Source: an uncultured bacterium (GTDB lineage: Bacteria > Patescibacteriota > Minisyncoccia > Phycocordibacterales > CAIRYW01). From it: DNA of 64,000 nucleotides. The notes beneath the pieces were generated by a model, which was given only the letters and a program-made list of their open reading frames with translations, was not told the DNA's origin and searched no databases. A program made the position numbers and the translations under genes. Below, in pieces: positions 8,183 through 17,865 of the stretch. Location of the stretch: contig CAIRYW010000027.1 of the NCBI GenBank assembly GCA_903882905.1, positions 1,031-65,030 on the forward strand. Direction: 5' to 3'. Every line of letters starts with the position of its first letter. Position 1 is the stretch's first letter.

Positions 8183-9608
8183 TAATAAAATTGTAAAAAA
8201 AAATAAAGGGCAGGTCGTCATGGTGACCTTAATATTTTTTATTATTATTTCGCTCACACTTATTTCAGGTGGAACCCTGCCGACAGGAAGTCAGGTAAAA
8301 AATTCAAGCGATTTTTTGAAATCAAAACAAAGTTATATTGCCGCTGATGTGGCAAACGATAATGCGTTTTATATGATAAACAAAGGTCACGAAGTTTCAG
8401 TTGGTGCTACTCTTCCATTTTCCTCTGGAGATCTGTCAGATTCAATAGCTATTACAGATTCGGCAAATAAAAAACAAATAATTACGACTGGAAATTCTAC
8501 TTCAAATACTCGGCTTTCAGAAATAGTTTTGTCCCAAAACTTTGGCTTAAATCTTAAATATGCAATTCAAGCTGGAACGGGCGGGCTAACTATGACAAGA
8601 GGGGCTGTGAACGGGGATGTTTATTCAAACGGGAATATTTCTGGGGGAGAGAATTTAACTATTTCAGGTTCAACGACTGTTGCTTATCGAGATTCAACCA
8701 ACGTCGGTAAAATTATAGGAACTTCAAGCGATTTTAATAAGCCACTCAATATTACAGGAAATGCTTGGGCTCATGAAATTGATTTTACAAAAGTTTTGGG
8801 TACTGGTTTTTGTCAGGTAAAAAATTATTTACTTGATTCATCCGGAAATTCTATAAGTTGTGATACTTCAAAGAGCTCCGATCCAACTTCTTTGAATTTT
8901 CCAATTACAGATACAAATATTTCTGATTGGAAAACTGCAGTCTCAAATCAAACGGATATAGTTTCAGATGTTGATACTTATACAGGAGACATAGATGTGG
9001 GTCACACTGGGACAAGTACTTCGATAAAAAAAATATCTGGAAATTTAACTCTAGCTTGCGATAGTGGAAATCCAGCAAACTTTGGAAATCTTTATGTGAC
9101 AGGGAATATTAATGTAAGTAACGGCTGTCTATTTAATGTAGATGCACTCCATGTCGGAGGAAACCTTTCAATTACAGGAGATGGAATTTTAAATTTAGGT
9201 GAGGTGAGTTTTGTTGGCGGAAGTGTAGCACTTTCCGGTTCAGGAAAAATTCAGCTTGATAGTTCTCTTGGAACTAACAGTGGATACATTATTTCTGGAG
9301 GAATTATGGATTTGTCAGGTAGTGGATCGTTAAATGGTTCTGATGTATCTGGAAGTTTTTTGACTCTAATTACAACAAGTTCAAGCGTAAGTACTGTGAA
9401 TGTTTCCAGTGGTGGTTCTGGTGTTGTTATTTTGGCACCAAATGGAGAAGTTAATCTTTCTAATGGTTCGCTAGGCGGAATAGTTGCTAAGACTGTCAAC
9501 ATTGGTGGAGGAGATTTAACTTATGACTCGAATATGGCGAACATAGTTTTTGGAGGAGTTCCTTTTGGAAAGTGGCATATTCTAGATTGGAGTGAAGTTT
9601 TAAATTAA
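8172..9608 (+). CDS. PilX-like minor pilin with large Gly/Ser-rich, probably beta-solenoid domain
   Basis: KGQ followed by a hydrophobic helix without E5; repeated V/I-x-G-N/D-x motifs; ends WSE. Confidence 0.7.
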   Translation: MKTDNKIVKKNKGQVVMVTLIFFIIISLTLISGGTLPTGSQVKNSSDFLKSKQSYIAADVANDNAFYMINKGHEVSVGATLPFSSGDLSDSIAITDSANKKQIITTGNSTSNTRLSEIVLSQNFGLNLKYAIQAGTGGLTMTRGAVNGDVYSNGNISGGENLTISGSTTVAYRDSTNVGKIIGTSSDFNKPLNITGNAWAHEIDFTKVLGTGFCQVKNYLLDSSGNSISCDTSKSSDPTSLNFPITDTNISDWKTAVSNQTDIVSDVDTYTGDIDVGHTGTSTSIKKISGNLTLACDSGNPANFGNLYVTGNINVSNGCLFNVDALHVGGNLSITGDGILNLGEVSFVGGSVALSGSGKIQLDSSLGTNSGYIISGGIMDLSGSGSLNGSDVSGSFLTLITTSSSVSTVNVSSGGSGVVILAPNGEVNLSNGSLGGIVAKTVNIGGGDLTYDSNMANIVFGGVPFGKWHILDWSEVLN

Positions 9609-9672
9609 ATTTCTTATATTTTATAAATTAGCTGTCCTAGTTTGAGGTGTGGTTATTTGCTAGAATATCTCT

Positions 9673-10431
9673 ATGAGTAAAAAAATTATTGTTGCTAATT
9701 GGAAGATGAATCCAAAGTCGACAACTGTTGCAAAATCTATTATTGATTCGATTAAAAAGAGTTTTGGACGAGCAAATTTTAAAGGAAAAAAATCTATTGT
9801 CATTTGCCCACCGAGCGCATATCTTGGAATTTTCGAAAAACTTCCAAAAAATATTTCTCTTGGAGTGCAAGATTTGTCTGTTTATTCAGGTGGAGCACTA
9901 ACAGGAGAAGTTGGGGCAGATATGCTTAAATCAGTTGGAGTAAATTTTTGTATAGTTGGACATTCAGAAAGGAGATCTATGGGAGAAACACCAGAAATTA
10001 TTTCAAAAAAAATTAGAAGAGCATTAGAAAATAAAATCACACCTATAATTTGTATTGGTGAAAAAACTCGCGATGGAGACGGGCAATTTTTTATTGATCT
10101 TCGTTCCAATATTGAATCAACGCTTGCAGGTGTTTCAAAAAATGAAGCCTCAAAAATTATTCTTGCTTATGAACCGCTTTGGGCGATTTCAACTGAGGGA
10201 AAGGGAGCTATCACTCCTGAGCTTTTGCGCGAAACTACAATCTTCATCAGAAGAACTTTGTCAGAATTATATGGAAATAAAATAGGAACAAAGATCGCAA
10301 TTCTTTATGGGGGGTCAGTTAATGCAAAAAATTCAAAGGAGATTGTAACGCTTGGAGGGGTAGATGGTTTGCTTGTCGGAAAATCGAGCCTTAATCCAAA
10401 AGAATTTATTCAGATAGTTTTATCGATATAA
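9673..10431 (+). CDS. tpiA: triosephosphate isomerase
   Basis: ANWKMN, GHSERR, AYEPLWAI, LYGGSV. Confidence 0.95.
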   Translation: MSKKIIVANWKMNPKSTTVAKSIIDSIKKSFGRANFKGKKSIVICPPSAYLGIFEKLPKNISLGVQDLSVYSGGALTGEVGADMLKSVGVNFCIVGHSERRSMGETPEIISKKIRRALENKITPIICIGEKTRDGDGQFFIDLRSNIESTLAGVSKNEASKIILAYEPLWAISTEGKGAITPELLRETTIFIRRTLSELYGNKIGTKIAILYGGSVNAKNSKEIVTLGGVDGLLVGKSSLNPKEFIQIVLSI

Positions 10432-10432
10432 A

Positions 10433-11614
10433 ATGGCCGTTGATTTACCCTCAATAAAAGATGCTAAAGATCTAAAAGGTAAAACAATTTTACTTAGAAC
10501 TGATTTGAATGTGCCAATAAAAGACGGAAAGGTGACAGATCCATTCAGAATAGAAAGGACTCTTGAAACAATAAAATTCTTAAAAGAAAGCGAAGCAAAA
10601 ATAATTTTAATTTCTCATTTAGAAGACGATAAAGGAACATTAGAACCAGTCGCAAAATATTTGGTTGCAACTTTTCCTACATTAGTTTTTGTAAAAGATA
10701 TTTTTGCTCCTTCAACAAAAAAAGAAGTTTCAAGCATGAAAAACGGAGGTGTAATTTTATTTGAAAACCTTCGTAACTGGCCTGGAGAAAAAACAAATGA
10801 TCCAAATTTTGCAAAGCACTTAGCAAGTTATGCAGATGTTTATGTAAACGAAGCTTTTTCGGTAACACATCGTAACCACGCTTCAGTTGTATTACTTCCA
10901 AAGCTTTTGCCTTCATTTATTGGCATTGAATTTGGGAGGGAAATCAAAGAACTTAGTTTAGCGTTTTACCCAGAACATCCTTTTACCTTAATTTTAGGGG
11001 GAGTAAAATTTGATACTAAATTTCCTTTAGTAAAAAAGTTTTTTAATGTCGCAGACAAAATATTTATTGGCGGGGCAATCGCAAATAGTTTTTTTAAACA
11101 TCAAGGTTTTTTTGTGGGGGATTCTGTTGCTTTTGATTCGCCGGAAATAAAAAATCTGGATGAGGCCGTTAAACTCGGAAAAATTATTTTGCCGACCGAC
11201 CTCCGAGTTCAAAGCAAAGGTTTTATAAACGTAAAAAAACCAAATCAAGTTTCTGTTGGAGAAAAAATATGGGATATCGGTCCACAAACAGAAAAAGAAT
11301 TAAAAAAAATTATAGATGACTCAAAATTTATTGTTTGGAATGGCCCTATGGGATATTTTGAAGAAGGGGCAACACTAGGAAATGATGCATGCGCCAAAGC
11401 AATTGGAGAATCAAAAGCTACCTCTATTGTTGGAGGAGGAGACACAATTGCCTCAATTCAAAAACTTGGAATTATGAATAAAATTTATTTCGTCTCAACT
11501 GGTGGTGGAGCAATGCTCGATTTTTTGGCAAACGGAACTCTTCCTGGGATTGTTGCAATTCAGGAAAATCAAAAAGTAGAAAAAGTTTCTTTTTTCAAAA
11601 ATTTTTTTAAATAA
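10433..11614 (+). CDS. pgk: phosphoglycerate kinase
   Basis: DLNVP, ENLR, WNGPMG, GGGDT, STGGGA. Confidence 0.95.
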   Translation: MAVDLPSIKDAKDLKGKTILLRTDLNVPIKDGKVTDPFRIERTLETIKFLKESEAKIILISHLEDDKGTLEPVAKYLVATFPTLVFVKDIFAPSTKKEVSSMKNGGVILFENLRNWPGEKTNDPNFAKHLASYADVYVNEAFSVTHRNHASVVLLPKLLPSFIGIEFGREIKELSLAFYPEHPFTLILGGVKFDTKFPLVKKFFNVADKIFIGGAIANSFFKHQGFFVGDSVAFDSPEIKNLDEAVKLGKIILPTDLRVQSKGFINVKKPNQVSVGEKIWDIGPQTEKELKKIIDDSKFIVWNGPMGYFEEGATLGNDACAKAIGESKATSIVGGGDTIASIQKLGIMNKIYFVSTGGGAMLDFLANGTLPGIVAIQENQKVEKVSFFKNFFK

Positions 11615-11615
11615 A

Positions 11616-11638
11616 ACTTGGAGGTTGAACCTCCAAGT
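11616..11638. repeat. REP-like palindrome (CTTGGAGG...CCTCCAAG family)
   Basis: acttggaggttgaacctccaagt; related copies at 12304, 15793, 31177 and 42547. Confidence 0.75.
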
Positions 11639-11791
11639 GAATATTGACAAAGAAGTTTTTTAGTAGTACTTTTTTACTTGAACTGTTTTCACCTCCATCG
11701 GGACGCAAGCAATAGAAACGCTTGGAGAATCTGATGGAACAAAGTGAAAATCTGTTCATTCAACAAAAAAAAGAAAGAGAGAGTTGGCAGA

Positions 11792-12238
11792 ATGAAAAAA
11801 CGTTATCGTGAAGTTATTAAAAGCATCGCGCTGGTTTGTGCATGTCTCTGGTTAGGCAATCTCCTAATCGACACGAGTCTGCATTTGCAAGGAATCAGGT
11901 TCTTCGCTGGGGCTGCTGGAATGGGCTTGCTTGGTACCTTTATCCTGGCGTGTGTGAATGTTGCGCTGGATTACCTGAAGGCAGGCAAGCCAATTGACCT
12001 CCGCTACATGGTGGACGACGGCTACGTCGTGCGCATCCAGTCGGTTGGGCCAATTGAAAGGGATAGGTCCGGCAAAGACATCGTACCTCTGTTGGTTGAG
12101 CTAAAGCCAGGAGTGACGATTTATTGTCGAGTCACTTATACTCAGGATGTTAAATATAAATCTGGTTACTACTATCGTCACTTTAGTAAAGGGGTTTGGA
12201 AAGATACCCTTGTTCCTATCGAGATGAGTAGGAACTGA
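11792..12238 (+). CDS. hypothetical membrane protein (2 TM)
   Basis: ORF with two hydrophobic segments, own TTGACA upstream and a terminator downstream. Confidence 0.6.
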   Translation: MKKRYREVIKSIALVCACLWLGNLLIDTSLHLQGIRFFAGAAGMGLLGTFILACVNVALDYLKAGKPIDLRYMVDDGYVVRIQSVGPIERDRSGKDIVPLLVELKPGVTIYCRVTYTQDVKYKSGYYYRHFSKGVWKDTLVPIEMSRN

Positions 12239-12303
12239 AACAAAATCTCAAAAGCCTAGACACGTCGAATCCGTGAGCTAGGCATTTTTTTATATATATA
12301 ATT

Positions 12304-12330
12304 CAACTTGGGAGCGAAGCTCCCAAGTTG
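12304..12330. repeat. palindrome with GCGAAGC core between convergent genes
   Basis: caacttgggagc-gaa-gctcccaagttg. Confidence 0.7.
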
Positions 12331-12333
12331 TGT

Positions 12334-12753
12334 TTAATCTTTTAATTCTTCTCTAATTTTTTCGGCAGTGGCAGAAATTTCACCATCATTATATTTTCTC
12401 TGAGGCCAGAGTTTTAATCCATCTTTTTCAAAACGAGGAACAACATGAAAATGAGTGTGAAAAATTACTTGTCCGCCAGCTGGTTCGTTGTTCATACTTA
12501 TGGTTATTCCTTCGGCATCAACTGCATTTTTTATTGCAACGGCTACTTTTTTTGTGACAAGCGAAAGTCTGGCGAGTGTTTCATCCGGGGTTGTATAAAT
12601 ATTTTCAAAATGATCTTTGGGAATTACAAGAGCGTGTCCTGTATTTACAGGATTAATATCCAAAAATGCCAAAGACCAATCGTCCTCGTAGATTTTTTCT
12701 GAAGGTATCTCTCCTGTAATTATTTTGCAAAAAATGCAATCTTTTTCGTTCAT
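12334..12753 (-). CDS. HIT family hydrolase
   Basis: DCIFCKI, HTHFHVVPR; start at ATG 12753. Confidence 0.92.
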   Translation of the reverse strand: MNEKDCIFCKIITGEIPSEKIYEDDWSLAFLDINPVNTGHALVIPKDHFENIYTTPDETLARLSLVTKKVAVAIKNAVDAEGITISMNNEPAGGQVIFHTHFHVVPRFEKDGLKLWPQRKYNDGEISATAEKIREELKD

Positions 12754-12785
12754 GTCTACATTATACCAGATGCTATAATTGGCGA
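12754..12785. promoter_or_regulatory. back-to-back extended -10 promoters for HIT and recJ
   Basis: TGGTATAAT (minus) and TGCTATAAT (plus), each 6 nt from an ATG. Confidence 0.65.
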
Positions 12786-14516
12786 ATGAAGAAAGAGTAT
12801 TCCGTAAGGAGAGAATTAACACAGGCCGAATCTGATAGTTTTGCTGGAATTTCATCCCTTTTGTCTCATTTGATGTTTCATAGAGGGATTAGTCCTGCTC
12901 AAGCCGGTTTGTTTTTAGAGCCTTCATTTTTGGAAGAAATTCACGATCCGTTCCTTTTGCATGATATGAAAAAAGCAGTAGAAAGGATTATTAAAGCTAT
13001 AAAAGGGAATGAAAAAATTTGTATATATTCAGACTATGACGCAGATGGACTTTCTGGGGCAACAATTTTTCACGATTTTTTTAAAAAAATAAATTTTAGT
13101 AATTTCATCAATCATATTCCAAATAGAAATGAAGAAGGTTTTGGATTACATAAAGATTCAATTGAGGAAATTGCAAAACAGGGTGTGAATTTGATAATTA
13201 CTGTTGATTGCGGAATTGGAGACGTCGAGGAAGCAAAATTCGCAAAAGGTCTCGGAGTAGATTTAATTATTACTGATCATCACGAGCCTGACAAAATTTT
13301 ACCTGATGCATTCGCAATCGTAAATCCAAAAATTTCTCCAAAGTATCCAGAGAAAATGCTCTGTGGAGCAGCTGTTGCTTGGAAAGTTGTTTGTGCAATT
13401 ATTAAAAAAGGAACCTGCCTGCCGGCAGGCAGGTTTGAGTTGCCTCTAGGATTTGAAAAGTGGATTATGGATGTTGTTGGGATCGCAACTCTTTCGGATA
13501 TGGTTCCACTTGTTGGAGAAAATAGAGTCTTGGCAAAATACGGGATGCTCGTTTTGCGAAAGAGCAAAAGAATCGGAATTCAGAAATTGCTTAGGACTTT
13601 AAAGATTGAAATGAAAAACTTAACTGAAGATGACATTGGATTTATGATAACTCCAAGAATAAACGCAGCATCAAGGATGGGAAAATCTATTGATGCGTTT
13701 CACTTACTTACAACAACTTCAGAAGATGAGGCAAAAGAAATTGTTACAGAACTTGAAAAAATAAATAATGAAAGAAAAATAATCAGTGCTCATCTTTCAA
13801 AGGAAGTGCACAAAATGATGGAAGCAAAATATTCTCCATATTTTTCTAACAAAGTTATTGTAGTTGGAAGTCCAGCATGGAAGCCATCTATTCTTGGAAT
13901 TGTTGCAGGTACTCTTGTTGAAAAAGAAAACAAACCAGTTTTTCTTTGGGGCAAAGAAATGGTGACAGAAAAAATTAAAGGTTCTTGTCGAGCGCCACAA
14001 GGAGTAAGTGTCAAAGCAATTATGGAAAATGTAACTGAAGGAATAATCACGGACTTTGGTGGGCACCATATGGCTGGGGGATTTTCACTTTCAAATGAAA
14101 CAGTGCATTTGTTCGAAGATGAAATTGAGAAAGCATACGAAAAATCCGAAAGTGAAACAAGGGAAATCCCAATTACTTTTGTTGATAGAGAAATTGATGT
14201 GGAGCAAGTTGATTTGAGATTGGTAAATGAAATAGAAAAACTTTCTCCTTTTGGTATGGCGAACGAAAAACCTTTGTTTATTTTTAGCGGAGGAGTTTTT
14301 GAAAAGGTAGATTTTTTTGGAAAAGAAAAGAAACATCTAAAAATTTCTTTGAAAGGAAAAAGTGGAAAAACTATAGAAGCAATTTCTTTTTTTACACCAG
14401 AAGATTTGATAAAAAAATCTGAACAAGGAAAAATTTTAAGAGTTGTAGGAAATGTTGAGAAATCTTTTTTTGGTTGGCCAAAGGCAAGAATAAGAATCAT
14501 CGATATTTTAAACTGA
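12786..14516 (+). CDS. recJ: single-stranded DNA exonuclease RecJ
   Basis: DYDADG, TVDCG, TDHH, PRINAASR, GGH. Confidence 0.95.
   Translation: MKKEYSVRRELTQAESDSFAGISSLLSHLMFHRGISPAQAGLFLEPSFLEEIHDPFLLHDMKKAVERIIKAIKGNEKICIYSDYDADGLSGATIFHDFFKKINFSNFINHIPNRNEEGFGLHKDSIEEIAKQGVNLIITVDCGIGDVEEAKFAKGLGVDLIITDHHEPDKILPDAFAIVNPKISPKYPEKMLCGAAVAWKVVCAIIKKGTCLPAGRFELPLGFEKWIMDVVGIATLSDMVPLVGENRVLAKYGMLVLRKSKRIGIQKLLRTLKIEMKNLTEDDIGFMITPRINAASRMGKSIDAFHLLTTTSEDEAKEIVTELEKINNERKIISAHLSKEVHKMMEAKYSPYFSNKVIVVGSPAWKPSILGIVAGTLVEKENKPVFLWGKEMVTEKIKGSCRAPQGVSVKAIMENVTEGIITDFGGHHMAGGFSLSNETVHLFEDEIEKAYEKSESETREIPITFVDREIDVEQVDLRLVNEIEKLSPFGMANEKPLFIFSGGVFEKVDFFGKEKKHLKISLKGKSGKTIEAISFFTPEDLIKKSEQGKILRVVGNVEKSFFGWPKARIRIIDILN
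13412..13435. repeat. perfect 24-bp palindrome inside recJ
   Basis: aacctgcctgccggcaggcaggtt, read as TCLPAGRF. Confidence 0.85.
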
Positions 14517-14570
14517 ATCGATTGACATATTTTCCTTCAAGCACATAATTTATTCAGGAGGTTCCATTTC

Positions 14571-14993
14571 ATGATTGACGATATTGACGAGTTTTTTCGC
14601 TTGTCCTTCACCGACCAGCTTTCTCTTGCTATGGATGATGACTATCCTTGTCCTTGGGATAAGATAGAGATTTCCTCAGGGAGCATGTCGAAGGAGGATA
14701 TTTTAAGTCTCAGAAGGGTAGGAGGAACTGATGACTTAATTTTGAATCGCTTGGTAAAAATGTCTATGCTCGCTGAAGGAAATTTGACGATTTATAGGGA
14801 GTGTTGCGAGAAAGGCAAAGACCAAGCAAGCTCAATTGAGTTAGACATTTTGGAGAATCTAGTTGTTTTGAGAATAAGAGAACTCTTCCCAAAGAAGGGG
14901 ATCTCGCTCAGTGAGAAGTATCACTTTAGGGTGAAAAAATATTCTCTGGAAATATTCAAAAAATCTCCAACAGTTTCAACCCCGCCGAAGTAA
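14571..14993 (+). CDS. hypothetical protein
   Basis: 140-aa ORF, AGGAGG SD, TTGACA/CATAAT promoter, terminator. Confidence 0.6.
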   Translation: MIDDIDEFFRLSFTDQLSLAMDDDYPCPWDKIEISSGSMSKEDILSLRRVGGTDDLILNRLVKMSMLAEGNLTIYRECCEKGKDQASSIELDILENLVVLRIRELFPKKGISLSEKYHFRVKKYSLEIFKKSPTVSTPPK

Positions 14994-15031
14994 TTTAGGC
15001 GGATTTTTTTTTATGTAATATAATTTATTTA

Positions 15032-15790
15032 ATGAATAAAATAATTATTTTTAGTGACGGTTCTTCGAGAGGAAATCCTGGTCCGGGGGGGTGGGCAACG
15101 ATTTTGATTTTTCCTGAAAAAAATCAAAATGAGTTTCGAGGTGAGAGTTTCGAGGTGAGAGTTAAAGAACTTGGAGGAGTAGAAAAAAATACAACTAATA
15201 ACAGAATGGAACTTACAGGAGCTATTGAAGCTTTTTCTTTCCTCGCACCTCGCACCTCACACCTCACAACTTCAGTGACTCTTTATTCCGATTCAAGCTA
15301 CGTAATCAAAGGAATTTCTTCTTGGATAAATGGATGGAAGGCAAATGACTGGAGAACAAAAGATAAAAAAGATGTTTCGAATAAAGATTTATGGCAAAAG
15401 TTGGATGAGGCTTCTTCTGGTTTTGACGTTTCATGGAAGCTAGTATCAGGACATGTTGGAGTAGTTGGAAACGAAAGGTGTGATGAGATAGCGACGGCTT
15501 TTGCTACTGGTGAAACACCAAATCTTTTTGATGGAGCAATATCAGAATACAAAATTCCAATTTTGGATTTGAATGCCGATTCTCTAAAAGTTGAAGAGAA
15601 AAAAAATAAATCAAAAAATTCTGGCAAGGCATATTCATATGTAAGTTTTGTGAATGGAGAAATAAAAATTCATAAAACTTGGGGTGAGTGTGAAGCCAGA
15701 GTAAAAGGGAAATCAAATGTCAGATTTAAAAAGTCTCTATCTAAGATCGATGAAGAAAAGATTGTAGAAGAGTTTACAAGGAATAAGTAA
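15032..15790 (+). CDS. rnhA: ribonuclease HI with C-terminal viroplasmin-like (hybrid-binding) domain
   Basis: DGSSRGNPGPGG, TNNRMEL, DSSYV, GNERCD; C-terminal KTWGECEARVKG. Confidence 0.92.
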   Translation: MNKIIIFSDGSSRGNPGPGGWATILIFPEKNQNEFRGESFEVRVKELGGVEKNTTNNRMELTGAIEAFSFLAPRTSHLTTSVTLYSDSSYVIKGISSWINGWKANDWRTKDKKDVSNKDLWQKLDEASSGFDVSWKLVSGHVGVVGNERCDEIATAFATGETPNLFDGAISEYKIPILDLNADSLKVEEKKNKSKNSGKAYSYVSFVNGEIKIHKTWGECEARVKGKSNVRFKKSLSKIDEEKIVEEFTRNK

Positions 15791-15792
15791 TA

Positions 15793-15837
15793 AGACTTGG
15801 AGGAAAAACCTCCGCAAGAGGAATTACCTCCAAGTCT
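15793..15837. repeat. double-hairpin REP-like element
   Basis: agacttggagg-aaaaa-cctcc-gcaa-gagg-aatta-cctccaagtct. Confidence 0.75.
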
Positions 15838-15857
15838 AAGAGAGTAATTTTGAAAAA

Positions 15858-17345
15858 ATGATCGGTAAAATAGTTTGTTTTTTTCTTACAGGATGTTTGT
15901 TGGGAGTATTTATTACTTCCATAAATTTAATCCCTAAATATTTTGGGGTATTTTTTCTTTTGATTTCAGTTTCCTTTCTGGTTTCGGGTATTTTAGAAGA
16001 AAAATTATATAAAAAAGATTCTTTTATCTTATTTCTTATATCCGTTTTCTTTCTCGGTATTTTTGTTGGAGGACTAAGATTTAATGAAGTAGAGAAAAAT
16101 TTTTCTGATTCTGAATTAAATAAATACAATGGCCAGAAAATAATTCTCAGTGGATTTGAAAAAAGAGAACTGAGTTCGTCGGGAGGTAACCAGAGATTTA
16201 TTTTTAAAGCAGATGAAATTGTCACTGAATTTGGTAGAGAAAAAGTTAATTCAGGTTCAAATATTTTATTAGTAGTTCCTGAAAATTTTGAGTATTCATA
16301 CGGTGAAGGTTTAGAAATTCGAGGCAGTTTGAAACCGATTAAAAATTTTGATGATTCTTTTGACTATGCTTCGTATGAAAAAAAAGATGGAGTACTATAT
16401 GAAATTTATTTTCCGCAAATAATAACGGACAACGGATTTACAGGAAATATTTTCTTACAGAAAATTTATTTGGTAAAAAGTTATTTAGAAGAAAATATCA
16501 CGAAATATTTTTTGGAGCCGTACTCGTCTCTACTTGATGGAATGGTTATCGCTGGCAAAGCTGCGTTGCCAAAAAATCTCTCTGATTCTTTTTTACACGC
16601 AGGTATTGTTCATATTGTAGTTTTATCTGGTTACAATATCGCTTTGGTTATTTCATTTGCAACTATAATTTTTTCTGGTATTCACATAAGACGGAGAATT
16701 TTTGTTATCTTTTTTCTCCTAATAGTTTTTTGTTTAATGGCAGGACTTTCGGCTTCAGTTATTCGCGCAGCAATTGCAGCGGTTATAGGATTATCTGGAA
16801 AAATTTTAGGGAGAAAAATTAGGCAGAATAGAGCATTGCTTCTTGGAGCTACTTTAATGGTTTTATGGAATCCATATACATTAGTTTTTGATCCATCTTT
16901 TGCATTAACTTTTCTTGCTACTTTTGCAATTATAAATGTCTCACCTGTTATGGAAGAAAAATTAATTGGAATTACTGAAAGATTTGGAGTGAGAGAAATT
17001 TTAGCTCAAACAATTTCGGCTGAAATTTTAGTGACACCTTATATCCTCTATCAAATGGGAAATTTTTCTGTCTTGGCCCCTGTTACAAATATTTTGGTTT
17101 TGCCAGTTGTACCTTTTATAACTATTGGAGGAATAATTTTGGGAGTGTTTGGTTTTTTGGGATACATTCTTTATCCATTAATTTTAGCTCTGCAATTTTC
17201 ACTTGCTTGGGTTGTGTTTGTGGCGCAAATGATAAATAAAATTCCTGGGAGTTTTGTTTATCTTGCAAATTTCTCGATTTTCTCATGTCTAGCTATATAT
17301 TTTTTAGAATTGGTTTTGTATTTTGTCTTTAGAAAAAAAACTTAA
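15858..17345 (+). CDS. comEC: ComEC/Rec2 competence membrane protein
   Basis: HIVVLSGYN, SVIRA, WNP...DPSF; many TM segments. Confidence 0.9.
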   Translation: MIGKIVCFFLTGCLLGVFITSINLIPKYFGVFFLLISVSFLVSGILEEKLYKKDSFILFLISVFFLGIFVGGLRFNEVEKNFSDSELNKYNGQKIILSGFEKRELSSSGGNQRFIFKADEIVTEFGREKVNSGSNILLVVPENFEYSYGEGLEIRGSLKPIKNFDDSFDYASYEKKDGVLYEIYFPQIITDNGFTGNIFLQKIYLVKSYLEENITKYFLEPYSSLLDGMVIAGKAALPKNLSDSFLHAGIVHIVVLSGYNIALVISFATIIFSGIHIRRRIFVIFFLLIVFCLMAGLSASVIRAAIAAVIGLSGKILGRKIRQNRALLLGATLMVLWNPYTLVFDPSFALTFLATFAIINVSPVMEEKLIGITERFGVREILAQTISAEILVTPYILYQMGNFSVLAPVTNILVLPVVPFITIGGIILGVFGFLGYILYPLILALQFSLAWVVFVAQMINKIPGSFVYLANFSIFSCLAIYFLELVLYFVFRKKT

Positions 17346-17448
17346 TAAGTACTTGAAATATCTTTGGTTAGAAGTATAGTTTAAATTAACAAGGTCTTTG
17401 TCACAGGTATTTTAAACTACCCAAAGACCTTCTACTGGAGGGTTTGCA

Positions 17449-17841
17449 ATGTCGAATAGGTTCAGCGGGGCATTTTTTTCTTATGATCGCAAGGAAGAAG
17501 TCCAAAAAAGGGAAGTTCATAGTAGTCGTAAAGGAATGGATCAGGCGAGATTTCACCCAAAGAAGGGTTTCATTATTGAATACGATCCTCGGGGGCAATT
17601 TGGAACGATTTTTGTGAGCGAAGGGGAAAAGCGCTGTACTTTTCCATGCAACGCCCGAAAATCGGTGATGATCAAAAGGGGAAAGGGGGGGAAGCCTTAT
17701 CTTTCCAATGAGTTGCGCAAGAAGGTCAAAAGTAGTGTGGGACAAAAAGTGGTGGTTACTGAGGGTTTTTTGAATGGGGACAGTCAGCCATCTGCACTCT
17801 GGGCACCACTCGAAATTTGGACTTCTTGTGGAGGTCAATAA
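17449..17841 (+). CDS. hypothetical protein
   Basis: 130-aa ORF with GGAGG SD, flanked by promoter-like and terminator-like signals. Confidence 0.5.
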   Translation: MSNRFSGAFFSYDRKEEVQKREVHSSRKGMDQARFHPKKGFIIEYDPRGQFGTIFVSEGEKRCTFPCNARKSVMIKRGKGGKPYLSNELRKKVKSSVGQKVVVTEGFLNGDSQPSALWAPLEIWTSCGGQ

Positions 17842-17865
17842 CCGCAAAGAACATTGCGGTATTTT

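Noticed and set aside
5909-9608. Second VR in pilin or PilX-like genes
   Set aside because: No TR-like sequence was seen elsewhere in the window by eye.
13790-14500. Long antisense ORFs over recJ (and similar ones over pilB, fusA, tuf and the ATPase)
   Set aside because: These are shadow frames of well-supported genes with no motifs of their own.
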